Part shown: positions 26,721 to 36,558 of the stretch, piece by piece
Numbering within the stretch: the first letter of the stretch is position 1
How the letters are laid out: every line of letters begins with the position of its first letter
The notes under the pieces: model-generated
The model's input: the letters and a program-made list of their open reading frames with translations, nothing else
What the model was told of the DNA's origin: nothing
Database searches by the model: none
Assembly: GCA_943846605.1 (NCBI GenBank)
Contig: OX044361.1
Span: 2,098,673 to 2,162,672, forward strand
DNA: 64,000 nucleotides
Direction: 5' to 3'
From: an uncultured Pseudomonadales bacterium
GTDB lineage: Bacteria; Pseudomonadota; Gammaproteobacteria; Pseudomonadales; Azotimanducaceae
Made by a program: the position numbers and the translations under genes

Positions 26721-26887
26721 TGTGTAGGCTCTTCGGGTTAGTGGCTCTTCAAGGGAACGATTAGGCACACGAGGTGTAAAGGTAACGCGGTTGGGCTTTG
26801 GTTCTCAAGCGAGTTTGTCAGCTTGACGCTTATTGCAATTCATTTTCCTTTCGAGCAACCTGACTAAAAATATCGTCGGAGAGGGGT

Positions 26888-27379
26888 ATGCGTATTGGTT
26901 TTTTGGGCATTTGGCTGCTGGCTTCAGTCAGTGCCGGTTCTGTTTGCGCTGAGCAGCAACCGGGCACGCATGATGAGGTTGCAAAAATAGAAGGTCTCTA
27001 TGCCACTTGGCGTGATGCCGTGGAGAAAGGTGACAGACAGGCCTACGTTAGTCTGCTGCACCCGCAAGTGCGGATGCTGCCTCCGGGTGCACCGGCGATT
27101 GACACTGCGGATAGCTATAGCGAATTTTTGCGTCCTGTTTTTGCGATGGCGACCTACACGATAGAAGTTGATCAGGCGCCAGAGGTAGAGGTGATGGGTG
27201 ATGTTGCCGTGGCTCAGTATGACTATACCATCAGCCTAAACCTTAAAAACCCGTCTGTTGGCGTTTCTGAGCCTGGCGCTCTGACCGCGTCGCAGACCTC
27301 AGCACGCTATTTTGATGTGTTGCGTAAGACTGATACCGGTCAATGGCTGGTCTGGCGGCATGGCTGGCAGGTTTGGTAA
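26888..27379 (+). CDS. Exported NTF2-like / SnoaL-like (DUF4440) protein
   Basis: Signal peptide, W..AVEKGD..AY, MLPPGAP, EVMGDVAV, VLRKTDTGQWLV. Confidence 0.8.
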   Translation: MRIGFLGIWLLASVSAGSVCAEQQPGTHDEVAKIEGLYATWRDAVEKGDRQAYVSLLHPQVRMLPPGAPAIDTADSYSEFLRPVFAMATYTIEVDQAPEVEVMGDVAVAQYDYTISLNLKNPSVGVSEPGALTASQTSARYFDVLRKTDTGQWLVWRHGWQVW

Positions 27380-27413
27380 CGATGGCTGTATAGGGTTGCG
27401 AAGGAGCGTGGTG

Positions 27414-29333
27414 ATGCGTCGATATTTTAGTCTTGGGTTGATTTTGATTTTTTGTGCAGTCAGCCATGCGCAAGAGGTTGATTGGCCGGCTTACGGGGGC
27501 AGTGATGGTGGCGGGCACTATTCACCGGCCACGCAAATTAACCGCGAAAATGTCAAGCGCCTGCAGCAGGCGTGGGTCCATCGCTCCGGTGACTTTAAAG
27601 GCGGTGTGCAGTCGTTAACGGAAGTGGTTTCCGAAGAACTGCAATCGAGCCGGCCAACCTCATTCATTGGCACACCGATTGTCACGCAGGGCAAGATGTT
27701 CTATTGCACGCCCTACAATAGAGTGTTTGCGTTGAATCCAGCTACCGGTGAAGAGCTTTGGGTTTTTGACCCCGAAGTTGATATGACCCAAGAGAATTTG
27801 ACCAATTGCCGCGGTGTCAGCAGTTGGGGGGCGGTAACACCGCAGGGCTTGGTCTGTGAGCATCGCATTGTACTGGCGACCCTTGATGCACGGTTGATTG
27901 TTATGGATGGGCAAACCGGGCTGCCCTGCGAATCTTTTGGTGATGGTGGTGAAGTGGACTTGACTCAGGGACTTACTGCACATATCGGCAGTGAATATGG
28001 CGTTACCAGTGCGCCAGCAATTATAGGCGACTTAATTGTGACTGGCGCCTATGTGACCGATAGCATTCGGCAAGACATACCCTCAGGTGTGGTTCGCGCA
28101 TACGATATTCGTTCTGGAGAATTTGTCTGGGGTTGGAATCCCGTTCACCCCGACCTGCCACAGCGTGATGCGCAGGGGAAATTTGTCGCAGCAACAACAA
28201 ACGTTTGGTCGACCATCTCGGTGGACCGCGAGCGAAACTTAGTCATTGTTCCAACCGGTAACTCCTCCCCGGATTATTACGGAGGCGATCGTGAGGGACA
28301 TCAGGATTATTACTCCAGTTCGGTGGTGGCGCTTGACGGCACCACGGGTGAAGTCGTCTGGTCTTACCAAACGGTGCATCATGATATTTGGGACTTTGAT
28401 GTCCCTGCGCAGCCAACATTGACCGATGTCACAATCGATGGGCAAACGCGTGCGGCGGTTGTGCAGGTCACAAAGATGGGGCTGACGTTTGTACTTGATC
28501 TAGAAACCGGTGAGCCATTGCATCCAGTGGAGGAACGGCCTGTTCCGCAAACCGGTCAGGTGCCCGGAGAATATTTATCGCCAACACAACCTTTCCCGCT
28601 CAAACCTAAACCTCTGCATCCGTTGGGTATTACCCCGGATGACGCGTGGGGGTTCACTTTCTGGGATAAGCAAAAATGCCGTGCACTTTTGTCGCAGGCG
28701 ACAACCGGGCCGATATATACGCCGTTGACGACAAAAGGTACGGTGATGTACCCGTCTAATCTCGGCGGTAATAACTGGGGCGCTCCTGCAGTGGATCCTG
28801 AGCGTCAAATTATGATTACGAATACCAAACGCACGCCAATTCAAGTGAAACTTGTGCCGCAGGCTGAGTGTGCGGGCGGTGAGGCATTTCCACAAAAAGG
28901 CTCGCCCTATTGTGCAGAAATGAAGCCGTTAATCTCTCCCTGGGGTGCCCCCTGTACGAAGCCTCCATGGGCAACGTTGGATGCTGTTGATTTATCCTCA
29001 GGTGAAATTCTGTGGAGTGTGCCGTTAGGCACGTTGAAGCATCTGGCGCCGTGGCCGGTGACGTTATTTGTCAAAGGTGGGCTAGAGGCCGGTGGGCCGA
29101 CCGTTACGGCCTCGGGTTTGGTGTTCATTGCTGCGACCTCAGATGGCTATTTCAGGGCATTTGATGTGGATGACGGGGCTGTGCTGTGGGCACATGAATT
29201 ACCAGCGACAGGCAACGCTGTGCCGGTGACGTATATGCACGAGGGTCGGCAGTATGTTGCTGTTGCGGCGGGTGGTCATTTCACCTCACCGCTGCCCTCT
29301 AATGACTTCCTGATCGTATTTGCGTTGCCTTAG
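27414..29333 (+). CDS. PQQ-dependent dehydrogenase, glucose/quinate/shikimate family, soluble periplasmic type
   Basis: AAGGAG RBS before GTG 27411/ATG 27414, signal peptide, CRGVS, GVVRAYD, PTGNSSPDYYGG, HHDIWDFD, GRQYVAVAAGGH. Confidence 0.92.
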   Translation: MRRYFSLGLILIFCAVSHAQEVDWPAYGGSDGGGHYSPATQINRENVKRLQQAWVHRSGDFKGGVQSLTEVVSEELQSSRPTSFIGTPIVTQGKMFYCTPYNRVFALNPATGEELWVFDPEVDMTQENLTNCRGVSSWGAVTPQGLVCEHRIVLATLDARLIVMDGQTGLPCESFGDGGEVDLTQGLTAHIGSEYGVTSAPAIIGDLIVTGAYVTDSIRQDIPSGVVRAYDIRSGEFVWGWNPVHPDLPQRDAQGKFVAATTNVWSTISVDRERNLVIVPTGNSSPDYYGGDREGHQDYYSSSVVALDGTTGEVVWSYQTVHHDIWDFDVPAQPTLTDVTIDGQTRAAVVQVTKMGLTFVLDLETGEPLHPVEERPVPQTGQVPGEYLSPTQPFPLKPKPLHPLGITPDDAWGFTFWDKQKCRALLSQATTGPIYTPLTTKGTVMYPSNLGGNNWGAPAVDPERQIMITNTKRTPIQVKLVPQAECAGGEAFPQKGSPYCAEMKPLISPWGAPCTKPPWATLDAVDLSSGEILWSVPLGTLKHLAPWPVTLFVKGGLEAGGPTVTASGLVFIAATSDGYFRAFDVDDGAVLWAHELPATGNAVPVTYMHEGRQYVAVAAGGHFTSPLPSNDFLIVFALP

Positions 29334-29342
29334 GGGAGGGGC

Positions 29343-30545
29343 CTAGACACATTGCCCTGCGCAATGCCCGGAGGACCAGGCCCATTGAAAGTTGAAGCCG
29401 CCTAAATGGCCGCTAACGTCGAGGACCTCGCCGATAAAAAATAACCCGGTGTGATCTTTCGCCTCCATGGTTTTGGAACTGATTCCGTCGGCGCAGACGC
29501 CACCGAGCGTGACCTCTGCGGTTCGGTAACCTTCAGTGGCTGCGGGTTTAAGCGCCCAATGCTGTAATTGTTGAGCCACCTGACGTAGTTGGGCATCTGC
29601 AATGCTGTCCAGGCGTCTCCCGTCTAATGTGGACCAAAATTCTTGCATCAACTCGGTGACCAAAGATTTGGCCAACACTTGGCTGAGAAGCGTTTTAAGA
29701 TGAATTGAAGGCTGACTTCGTTTTGTGTCCAATAACCAGTGGTGTGCATCGATTTCGGGAAAAAGGTTGATAATCAGGAGATCGCCTGGATGCCAATAGT
29801 TGGATATTTGTAAAATTGCCGGCCCGCTCAACCCGCGGTGGGTGAACAACATGTTTTCCGTAAAGCTTTGATCATTGCAGCGCACTTCGATCTCCAGCGC
29901 GAGCCCGGACAAGCGCTCGCATAAGTTTTTTGTGCTGCCTGTGAACATAAAGGGTACAAGCCCGGCGCGCCGCTCGATCAGCTTTAAGCCAAATTTGCGG
30001 GCAATGGCATAGCCAAAGTCGCTTCCGCCCAGTGTTGGAATGGATAAGGCGCCGGTTGCAATCACCAGTGACTCACAGCGCTGGGTTTGACGTGTATTAT
30101 CATGCTCAAAAGTCAGGCAATAGCCAGAATTTTCCGCGGTGGGTGTGACGTCGACTGAGTTGCAGTGGGTTAAAATATTGACGCCAGCTGAATGGCATTC
30201 AGCCAACAGCATCGTCACAATGTCTTTGGCCGAATTTTGGCAAAATAGCTGGCCGTGGCGACGTTCTTCGTATTCGATACCGTGTGTTTCGACCAGATCA
30301 ATGAAGTCTTCAGGGGTGTAGCGATGTAGTGCGGATTTTACAAAGTGGGGGTTACTACAGATGAAATTTTCGGCCGTCACGTGATAGTTGGTGAAGTTGC
30401 AGCGGCCTCCCCCAGACATGAGGATTTTTTTGCCGACTTTGTTGGATTTTTCCAACACAAGTACGCTCCGCCCGCGCTGAGCAGCGGTCAAAGCGCACAT
30501 TAATCCTGCTGCACCAGCGCCTAAGATGATGACATCGGGGTGCAT
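29343..30545 (-). CDS. yhiN: HI0933/YhiN (BaiN-like) flavoprotein
   Basis: GAGAAG, GKKILMSGGGRCNFTN, LFTHRGLSGP, AEVTLGGV, GGFNFQWAWSSG. Confidence 0.95.
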   Translation of the reverse strand: MHPDVIILGAGAAGLMCALTAAQRGRSVLVLEKSNKVGKKILMSGGGRCNFTNYHVTAENFICSNPHFVKSALHRYTPEDFIDLVETHGIEYEERRHGQLFCQNSAKDIVTMLLAECHSAGVNILTHCNSVDVTPTAENSGYCLTFEHDNTRQTQRCESLVIATGALSIPTLGGSDFGYAIARKFGLKLIERRAGLVPFMFTGSTKNLCERLSGLALEIEVRCNDQSFTENMLFTHRGLSGPAILQISNYWHPGDLLIINLFPEIDAHHWLLDTKRSQPSIHLKTLLSQVLAKSLVTELMQEFWSTLDGRRLDSIADAQLRQVAQQLQHWALKPAATEGYRTAEVTLGGVCADGISSKTMEAKDHTGLFFIGEVLDVSGHLGGFNFQWAWSSGHCAGQCV

Positions 30546-30664
30546 CGAGTTAATTGCTGAAGTTGTGCTGAGGATGATTTTTGCTGACCACCCGAGGTGT
30601 CGAGGTGGTTATGGGGTTCAATAAAAACATTAGGTTTAATAAATTTAAAAAAGGGTCTGTCTGA

Positions 30665-31108
30665 ATGTTGTTAGCGAGAATCACGGGAACGTTAAGCCTG
30701 TTATTAATAGCGAGTTGCGCCGAGTACCTTCCGTTGTCGGGGGGCGCGCTGGAGGGCCCATTGAGTGCTACGCCGAGCAGTTGGGAAGGTGTCGCGGCAG
30801 ATAATATCATACAGCTTGAAACGCGGGCAGAGCAGCCGTATTCGGTTAACCTATGGACGGTCATAGTTGATGGAGACCTGCACATTTTCGCGGGCGATAA
30901 TTATGCGACTTGGGTTGCGCATATTGAGAATAATCCCGCGGTTCGCTTGCAGTCTGAGGCTGGGCTATATGCGTTCAAGGCGCAGCGCGTCACGGATGAA
31001 GCTCACTTTAAGCTTTTCTCGCAGGCTTGGGAGGAAAAATACGGCGCCCCGCCCAAAAATGAGCGAGTTGACCAAACCTTTTTGTTTCGTTTGACCTCGC
31101 TCGACTGA
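30665..31108 (+). CDS. Lipoprotein, DUF2255/split-barrel-like hypothetical
   Basis: Lipobox-like LIASC; PYSVNLW..VDGDLHI, W..IENNPAVRL and F...W.EKY resemble the split beta-barrel pattern. Confidence 0.55.
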   Translation: MLLARITGTLSLLLIASCAEYLPLSGGALEGPLSATPSSWEGVAADNIIQLETRAEQPYSVNLWTVIVDGDLHIFAGDNYATWVAHIENNPAVRLQSEAGLYAFKAQRVTDEAHFKLFSQAWEEKYGAPPKNERVDQTFLFRLTSLD

Positions 31109-31433
31109 GTTGTTGTCACGGGTCTTTGTGCGGCTTATTTTACCCGCAGCATCGCCTTGGGTTGGTCTGCTTAGACCTTTGCTTGATTGAATCAGGCGGA
31201 CGCTATGATTAGTTTGTGATAAGTTACCTGAGCCAAAAATAAGTCAGGTTTAAGCAGTGGAATGCGCTAGTTCGAGTGTGTCCTATGTGCTTTTCGTTTC
31301 GGGCTTGCGATGGCGAGTGGCTGTCTCGGCTGTGCCACACCCAGCTGGGTTAGAGGCGCCGTAAGGACGTGGTTTTTTTTGCGGCCGGGTCGAGTGTTCG
31401 AGTAGTTCAGCGGATTTATAAGTAGGTAAAAAG

Positions 31434-32093
31434 GTGAATTTGATGGCAAGGAGCCGACTGCAGAGTTTGGGGGAGATGTGGACTCACGATACAAACGTCA
31501 GGTTTACGCATGTGAGTTTAACGCTCGCCGTGATGTTCGCGCTCGCCGCGTGCAGCACCACGAAGGCCGTCGACCATTGGCAAGCAGAAAGCTTCAGTCG
31601 CAGTTCTATTGATCATGTGTTGATCATCGGCGCGACGACCAATCGAGGCTATCGTTTAATTTTTGAAAACGAGTTTGAGCAGCGGTTGACGAAAGGGGGG
31701 TTGAAGAGCGTAAAAAGCGTTGATGTGCTCGGAGATCAAGTGCCCGATAGAGAAGCGGTCGAGGCATACGTGGCTAAACACAATATCGATTATGTTGTCG
31801 CGACCAAGCTCGAAAGAGCGGACGTCGAAACCACGTATGTGCCTCCTTCAGCTGTCACCTATTACACCGGTCCTTATTATCCAAGCTATGGGCAGCTGTA
31901 TGGCAGCACCGTCACTTTAGTGAAGGAAGGATATAGTGATACGCGCAGCACGTTGATTCTAGTCACAACTATTTTTGATGCGAAATCGGGTGATCCTGTT
32001 TGGGTTGGTCGCTCTGCGACCTTTGAGCCGGGTTCAATAGGTGTGCTAGCAGGTGAAATTGCCAGAATAACATGGACCAACATAGCGCCTTGA
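31434..32093 (+). CDS. Lipoprotein, DUF4136-like hypothetical; start probably later (GTG 31512)
   Basis: Lipobox LAAC, Tyr/Gly-rich segment (YYTGPYYPSYG), C-terminal ..FDAKSGDPVWVG. Confidence 0.6.
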   Translation: MNLMARSRLQSLGEMWTHDTNVRFTHVSLTLAVMFALAACSTTKAVDHWQAESFSRSSIDHVLIIGATTNRGYRLIFENEFEQRLTKGGLKSVKSVDVLGDQVPDREAVEAYVAKHNIDYVVATKLERADVETTYVPPSAVTYYTGPYYPSYGQLYGSTVTLVKEGYSDTRSTLILVTTIFDAKSGDPVWVGRSATFEPGSIGVLAGEIARITWTNIAP

Positions 32094-32191
32094 GAGGTGT
32101 TTTATTGTCAATTGAAGGTCGCAAGGGACGGTTTAATGACGTCTTTAGTGGCTAGACGGCAGGGTGAGTGATCGTTTAATTACAAGGGAGA

Positions 32192-33823
32192 ATGACATTG
32201 GCGCAAAAACAACCAGATTATGATGTGATCGCAGTCGGTGCGGGTTTTGCAGGACTGGGATTGATCCACTATATGCGCGAAGCCGGACTATCCGTGCGCG
32301 TATTTGATAAGGCGACAGATATTGGGGGTACCTGGACCTGGAATCGATACCCCGGCGCTGCCAGTGACAGTGAGTGTTATTACTATTGTTTGAGTTTTTC
32401 AAAAGAGTTGCTGCAAGAGTGGCGTTGGTCTGTTCGCTACCCCGGTTGGGAAGAAAATCTCAGTTATATGCATTTTGTTGCCGACAGGTGTGATATGTGG
32501 CCACATATCCAGCTTAATACGGAAATTGTAAGTGCGGATTTTCAGGAAGACACAGGATTTTGGCTGATTAAATCGGCCGACGGCGACGAATTCACCTGCA
32601 AATACTTTACCAGCGCGATGGGTATGATTTCTCAGCCGGTGATCCCTGATTTTAGAAACATGGATAAGTTTCAAGGCCCTTGTTTCCATTCCTCTCGCTG
32701 GCCGCACGAAGGGCTGGACTATGCGGGCAAACGCGTAGCGATTATAGGATCGGGTGCGACCACGGTTCAAATGCTGCCAGTTGTCGCGCAAACAGCGGAA
32801 AGTGTGACGGTCTTTCAGCGCACCGCCAACTTTGTGATGCCTGCTGTGCAAAAAGAGATGACATCCGATTGGGAAAAAGAGATTAAGGACAATTATGACG
32901 AGATCATCAGTAAACGTCGTAATCATGTCTTTGGTATGCCCTTCGACAGCCCCGTCGGGCGTGATCTGGCGGACACACCGGCTGACGAAGTGCAGGCCAT
33001 TCTCGAAGAGCATTGGTCCCGGGGCAGCTTCAGATTCGTTTTTGAGACTTTTGACGATCTGCTCACCAATGCAGAATCAAATCGCATTGCAGGGGACTTT
33101 GTGATCCGTAAAATGCTAGAAAAGGTTAGGGACCCTGACGTGGCAGATATGCTGACACCCAAAGGATATCCTTTTTTTGCCAAGCGTCCGCCTCTGGACC
33201 ACGGGTATCACGAAACATTTAATCGCGAAAACGTAAATCTTGTAGATATCAAAGATCGCGAGCCGATTGTTGAGTTCACATCCACAGGAATTCGCACCAC
33301 GCAAAACGACTATGACTTTGACATTATTGTTCTGGCAACAGGTTTTCAAGCGTATACCGGTGCCCAAGAATCGCTGGCCATTCGTGGTCGCAACGGTCTA
33401 TTGCTGAAGGATAAATGGGAAGAGGTTTCGGCGTCGATTATGGGGGTCTTTGTTGCGGAGTTTCCAAACTTATTTATGGTGACGGGCCCGCAGGCGCCGT
33501 TTGCCAACCTGCCGACGTCGATTGAGCAAAACGCGATGTACATTGCTGACTGCCTCAAAAAAATGGAAGGAGAAGGGTTGGCAATTTGCGAACCAAAGCA
33601 ATCGGCTGAAGATGCATGGGTGGCGGAGACTGCAGCCATTCATGAACAAACACTGATGGCTCAAGGCGACAAAGTGAACTCCTGGATGATGGGTGCAAAC
33701 CTGAAAGACAAAAAACCGCGAGTGCTGATCTATTTTGGTGGCGCCAATGTTTACTACGATAGGATGCGCGAGTCAGTGGAAGCTGGGTTTCCTGAAGTTC
33801 AATTTGAGCAGCAGGTGAGCTAG
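32192..33823 (+). CDS. Type I Baeyer-Villiger monooxygenase
   Basis: GAGFAG, GGTWTWNRYPGA, fingerprint FQGPCFHSSRWP, GSGAT, ATGF. Confidence 0.95.
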   Translation: MTLAQKQPDYDVIAVGAGFAGLGLIHYMREAGLSVRVFDKATDIGGTWTWNRYPGAASDSECYYYCLSFSKELLQEWRWSVRYPGWEENLSYMHFVADRCDMWPHIQLNTEIVSADFQEDTGFWLIKSADGDEFTCKYFTSAMGMISQPVIPDFRNMDKFQGPCFHSSRWPHEGLDYAGKRVAIIGSGATTVQMLPVVAQTAESVTVFQRTANFVMPAVQKEMTSDWEKEIKDNYDEIISKRRNHVFGMPFDSPVGRDLADTPADEVQAILEEHWSRGSFRFVFETFDDLLTNAESNRIAGDFVIRKMLEKVRDPDVADMLTPKGYPFFAKRPPLDHGYHETFNRENVNLVDIKDREPIVEFTSTGIRTTQNDYDFDIIVLATGFQAYTGAQESLAIRGRNGLLLKDKWEEVSASIMGVFVAEFPNLFMVTGPQAPFANLPTSIEQNAMYIADCLKKMEGEGLAICEPKQSAEDAWVAETAAIHEQTLMAQGDKVNSWMMGANLKDKKPRVLIYFGGANVYYDRMRESVEAGFPEVQFEQQVS

Positions 33824-33919
33824 CGCTGTAAGCTCTGTAAGAAGGGTTGCCGATGATTGATGAAAGTTGTTGGTGCAGCATCAAAAATTGATGAGACTGA
33901 GATTTAAAGGAGATCAAGT

Positions 33920-34690
33920 ATGAGTAATGAAACCCCTGAAAAAGCAATTTTGGTGGAGCGGCGTGGGCGAGTGATGATCATCACGCTGAATCGACCTGAA
34001 GCGATGAATGCCATTAATGGTGAACTGTCTCATGGCTTGCTGGATGCGGTTAGGGCGTTGGATGACGATGATTCGTTGACGGCGGGAATCATTACGGGCA
34101 ACGGCCGCGCATTTTGTGCGGGTATGGATTTGAAGGCGTTTGCCCGGGGTGAGGATATTGGGCCGCTGACCACTTTTATTCGGGAAGGTTGTTCAAAGCC
34201 TCTGATCGCAGCCATTGAAGGTTTTGCATTAGCCGGTGGTTGTGAAATAGCGCTTACGTGTGATCTCTTAGTTGCCTCGAAAGGGTCTAAAATAGGTATT
34301 CGCGAGGTCAAAGTAGGCCTGTTTGCTGCTGCCGGCGGTGTATTTCGTTTGCCGGCGAGGGTGGGGTATACGCGAGCCATGGAAATGGCCATCACTGGAG
34401 AACCCATCACGGCTGAGGTGGCGCTGGAGAATGGGATGCTCAGCGAACTGACCGAGGCAGGCGGTGCTTTGGATGCTGCGCTTGGATGGGCTGAACGGAT
34501 TGCTGAAAACGCGCCTTTGGCGGTATCTGCCTCCAAATCGCTGGTGCGCGCAGCGGCGCAGGGTTATGACGAGGAAAGTTTGTGGAAAATGCAGGAGCCC
34601 CTGTCGAAGAAAGTGTTTAGCTCCAATGACGCAAAAGAAGGTCCAAAAGCGTTTGCTGAAAAGCGGGCACCTAACTGGACCGGCAGCTAA
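33920..34690 (+). CDS. Enoyl-CoA hydratase/isomerase family protein
   Basis: LNRPEAMNAI, FCAGMDLK, ALAGGCE, REVKVGL, KEGPKAFAEKRAP. Confidence 0.95.
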   Translation: MSNETPEKAILVERRGRVMIITLNRPEAMNAINGELSHGLLDAVRALDDDDSLTAGIITGNGRAFCAGMDLKAFARGEDIGPLTTFIREGCSKPLIAAIEGFALAGGCEIALTCDLLVASKGSKIGIREVKVGLFAAAGGVFRLPARVGYTRAMEMAITGEPITAEVALENGMLSELTEAGGALDAALGWAERIAENAPLAVSASKSLVRAAAQGYDEESLWKMQEPLSKKVFSSNDAKEGPKAFAEKRAPNWTGS

Positions 34691-34750
34691 TATTTGGTGG
34701 TAGAGGCATAATCGCTTGCTGAAGAGGTTCTCCAGCAAGCTTTTCACGGG

Positions 34751-35896
34751 CTATATATCTAAAGGTCGGTAGTAGTCTTTGCCTTGGCTAATATACTCGC
34801 TGATCCTCTGTCTGAATGTATTTCCCGCAGATCCTTCTTCAGTCAGAGTTAAATTCTGTCGGAAGAAGTTAATACTCTCTGGGTTTAACGTCTGGGCGAG
34901 CGCCCAGTAATGGTCTGCTAGATCGTTGTGGCCATGAACTCGAAAAAAGTTGCCCAGACAAAAGGCTGCGTCAGCTTTCAATTGCTCTTTGCTGTGAGTG
35001 CGTATGTTCTCGCTGACCTGTTCTGGTGCGTTGATATAAGGACTGTTTTCGCCGTTCTCGATCCAGTCTTTTAACGCCGGTGTATAAACGTCGTTGCCAA
35101 ATGTGATGGTTTCTTGGCCGTCGCTGATGGCATGGATTTGTGAGTATGTGCCTTCATCAATTCGGACGATCCGCCCTGTTTCGTCGATCCAAGCGGAGGA
35201 GGGAACGTTGACGAAGTTGAACAGACTGCTGATGCGGTGATTTTCGTCCACAATTTGTATGTAGGTTGCGCCAGCCGCGTCAAAAATGGGCCCCGCAACG
35301 GCTTCGCCCCCTGTGTCCTGCGCGGCGCAGATGATGACAAAATCAGGATTGTCGATTTCTTCATATATACGTTGCCACACGGGCACGTCTAGATAGCATC
35401 CTCACCAAGATGACCAAGTGACGATCAGTGCTTTTTTACCTTTGAAGTCTGACATTCGAATGACGGCGCCCTTGCGATCGGTCAATTCAAATTCCGGTGC
35501 CATTGCTGCTGATAGCGTGGATTCGCGTTTTGCTGGTATTTCGGCAAAGCTCCAGACTCGATTTTGGGTGTCTGCAACGAACGGTTGGCCGATGAAACGT
35601 GCGAAAGCGCTGAGGTTGAACCAGTTCTGGTCGGCAAGGGTTACGTTAAAGGTGTCTTGCAGCGGAATACATAGATCTCCAAGGCATACGCCCTCAGCTT
35701 TGACTTCAAAACCATTGATTCGGGTTAGGTCCTCTGCCCGTATAAGGAGTTCGTCGTCCGCACCGGTAGTGCTCAGGGTCAGCGTTTTGCCTTGGTAAAG
35801 TACACTGGTGCTGCCCGGAGGGTGAAGGGCGCTAGTTGTGAATGGGTGCCGGAGTTGCGGAAACGCCATCATGGGTTTAGCCATAAGCCTCATCAA
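34751..35896 (-). CDS. Thioredoxin-fold/peroxiredoxin-like selenoprotein (ResA-like WAxxUGC type); Sec at UGA 35404-35402
   Basis: The two track ORFs are in the same frame: ...ACT TGG TCA TCT TGG TGA GGA TGC TAT CTA GAC GTG CCC GTG TGG = TWSSW-U-GCYLDVPVW. The AhpC/TSA-like segment (APEFELTDRKG..MSDFKGKKALIV) continues after UGA with NVPSSAWIDETGRIV. Confidence 0.88.
35362..35395 (-). promoter_or_regulatory. Bacterial SECIS-like hairpin
   Basis: mRNA UAUCUAG-ACG-UGCC-[CGUGU]-GGCA-A-CGU-AUAUAUG. The apical loop starts 21 nt after UGA and has G at position 2 followed by U, fitting the bacterial SECIS consensus as I recall it. Confidence 0.65.
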
Positions 35897-36063
35897 TTTT
35901 TTTTGTTTGGACTTTCATCCTAGTTGATCTAGGTCGCTGGGAATAGCTGTATCCGCACGATATGTTTTTTATGGGCTTAAAATTTCTATCCATTTGAGCC
36001 ACTCGAGTACGGTCCTGGCTCGTGACAGGGTATCCTAGGGGAATAGTTTTTGAGGATGAAAAA

Positions 36064-36558
36064 GTGACGCAGTTTAAAATAGAGGTAAATGGGCAAACGC
36101 ATGAACTGGATGTTAGTCCTGAAATGCCCCTGCTGTGGGTGTTGCGAGACAAATTAAAGCTCAAGGGAACCAAGTATGGCTGTGGAATCTCGCAGTGCGG
36201 CGCGTGTACCGTGCACGTGGATGGTGTTGCCGTTCGCTCTTGTGTGCTGCCTATTGCTGCGGTCACTTCGGCCGTAACGACCATTGAGGGCCTTGCTGAT
36301 GGTGGCGATTTGCACCCGTTACAAAGTGCGTGGATTGAGCACGATGTGCCGCAGTGTGGCTATTGTCAGTCGGGCCAGATCATGAGTGCAGCGGCTTTAC
36401 TGTCCAACACGCCTCAGCCCAGTGATGAGGACATTGATGCCGCGATGGCGGGTAATTATTGTCGCTGTGGCACCTACATCAGAATTCGCAAAGCGGTGCA
36501 TACGGCAGCGTCCTACTATGATGCAAGCGCGCCGAGTGCAATCGGAGACAAAGGATGA
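36064..36558 (+). CDS. iorA: (2Fe-2S)-binding small subunit, isoquinoline 1-oxidoreductase alpha-like
   Basis: [37 protein letters not shown]; GAGGA RBS before GTG 36064. Confidence 0.92.
   Translation: MTQFKIEVNGQTHELDVSPEMPLLWVLRDKLKLKGTKYGCGISQCGACTVHVDGVAVRSCVLPIAAVTSAVTTIEGLADGGDLHPLQSAWIEHDVPQCGYCQSGQIMSAAALLSNTPQPSDEDIDAAMAGNYCRCGTYIRIRKAVHTAASYYDASAPSAIGDKG

Noticed and set aside
28370-28410. Lanthanide dependence of the PQQ enzyme from its WDFD motif
   Set aside because: The extra Asp is diagnostic in XoxF/ExaF/PedH, but glucose-dehydrogenase-family enzymes carry WDxD while using Ca/Mg, so the motif is not informative here.
34751-35896. Two separate genes or a nonsense pseudogene, as the ORF track implies
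   Set aside because: The stop is TGA, exactly at the redox motif, in frame with the downstream ORF and followed by a SECIS-like hairpin. Selenocysteine read-through explains this better, pending a check for sel genes.
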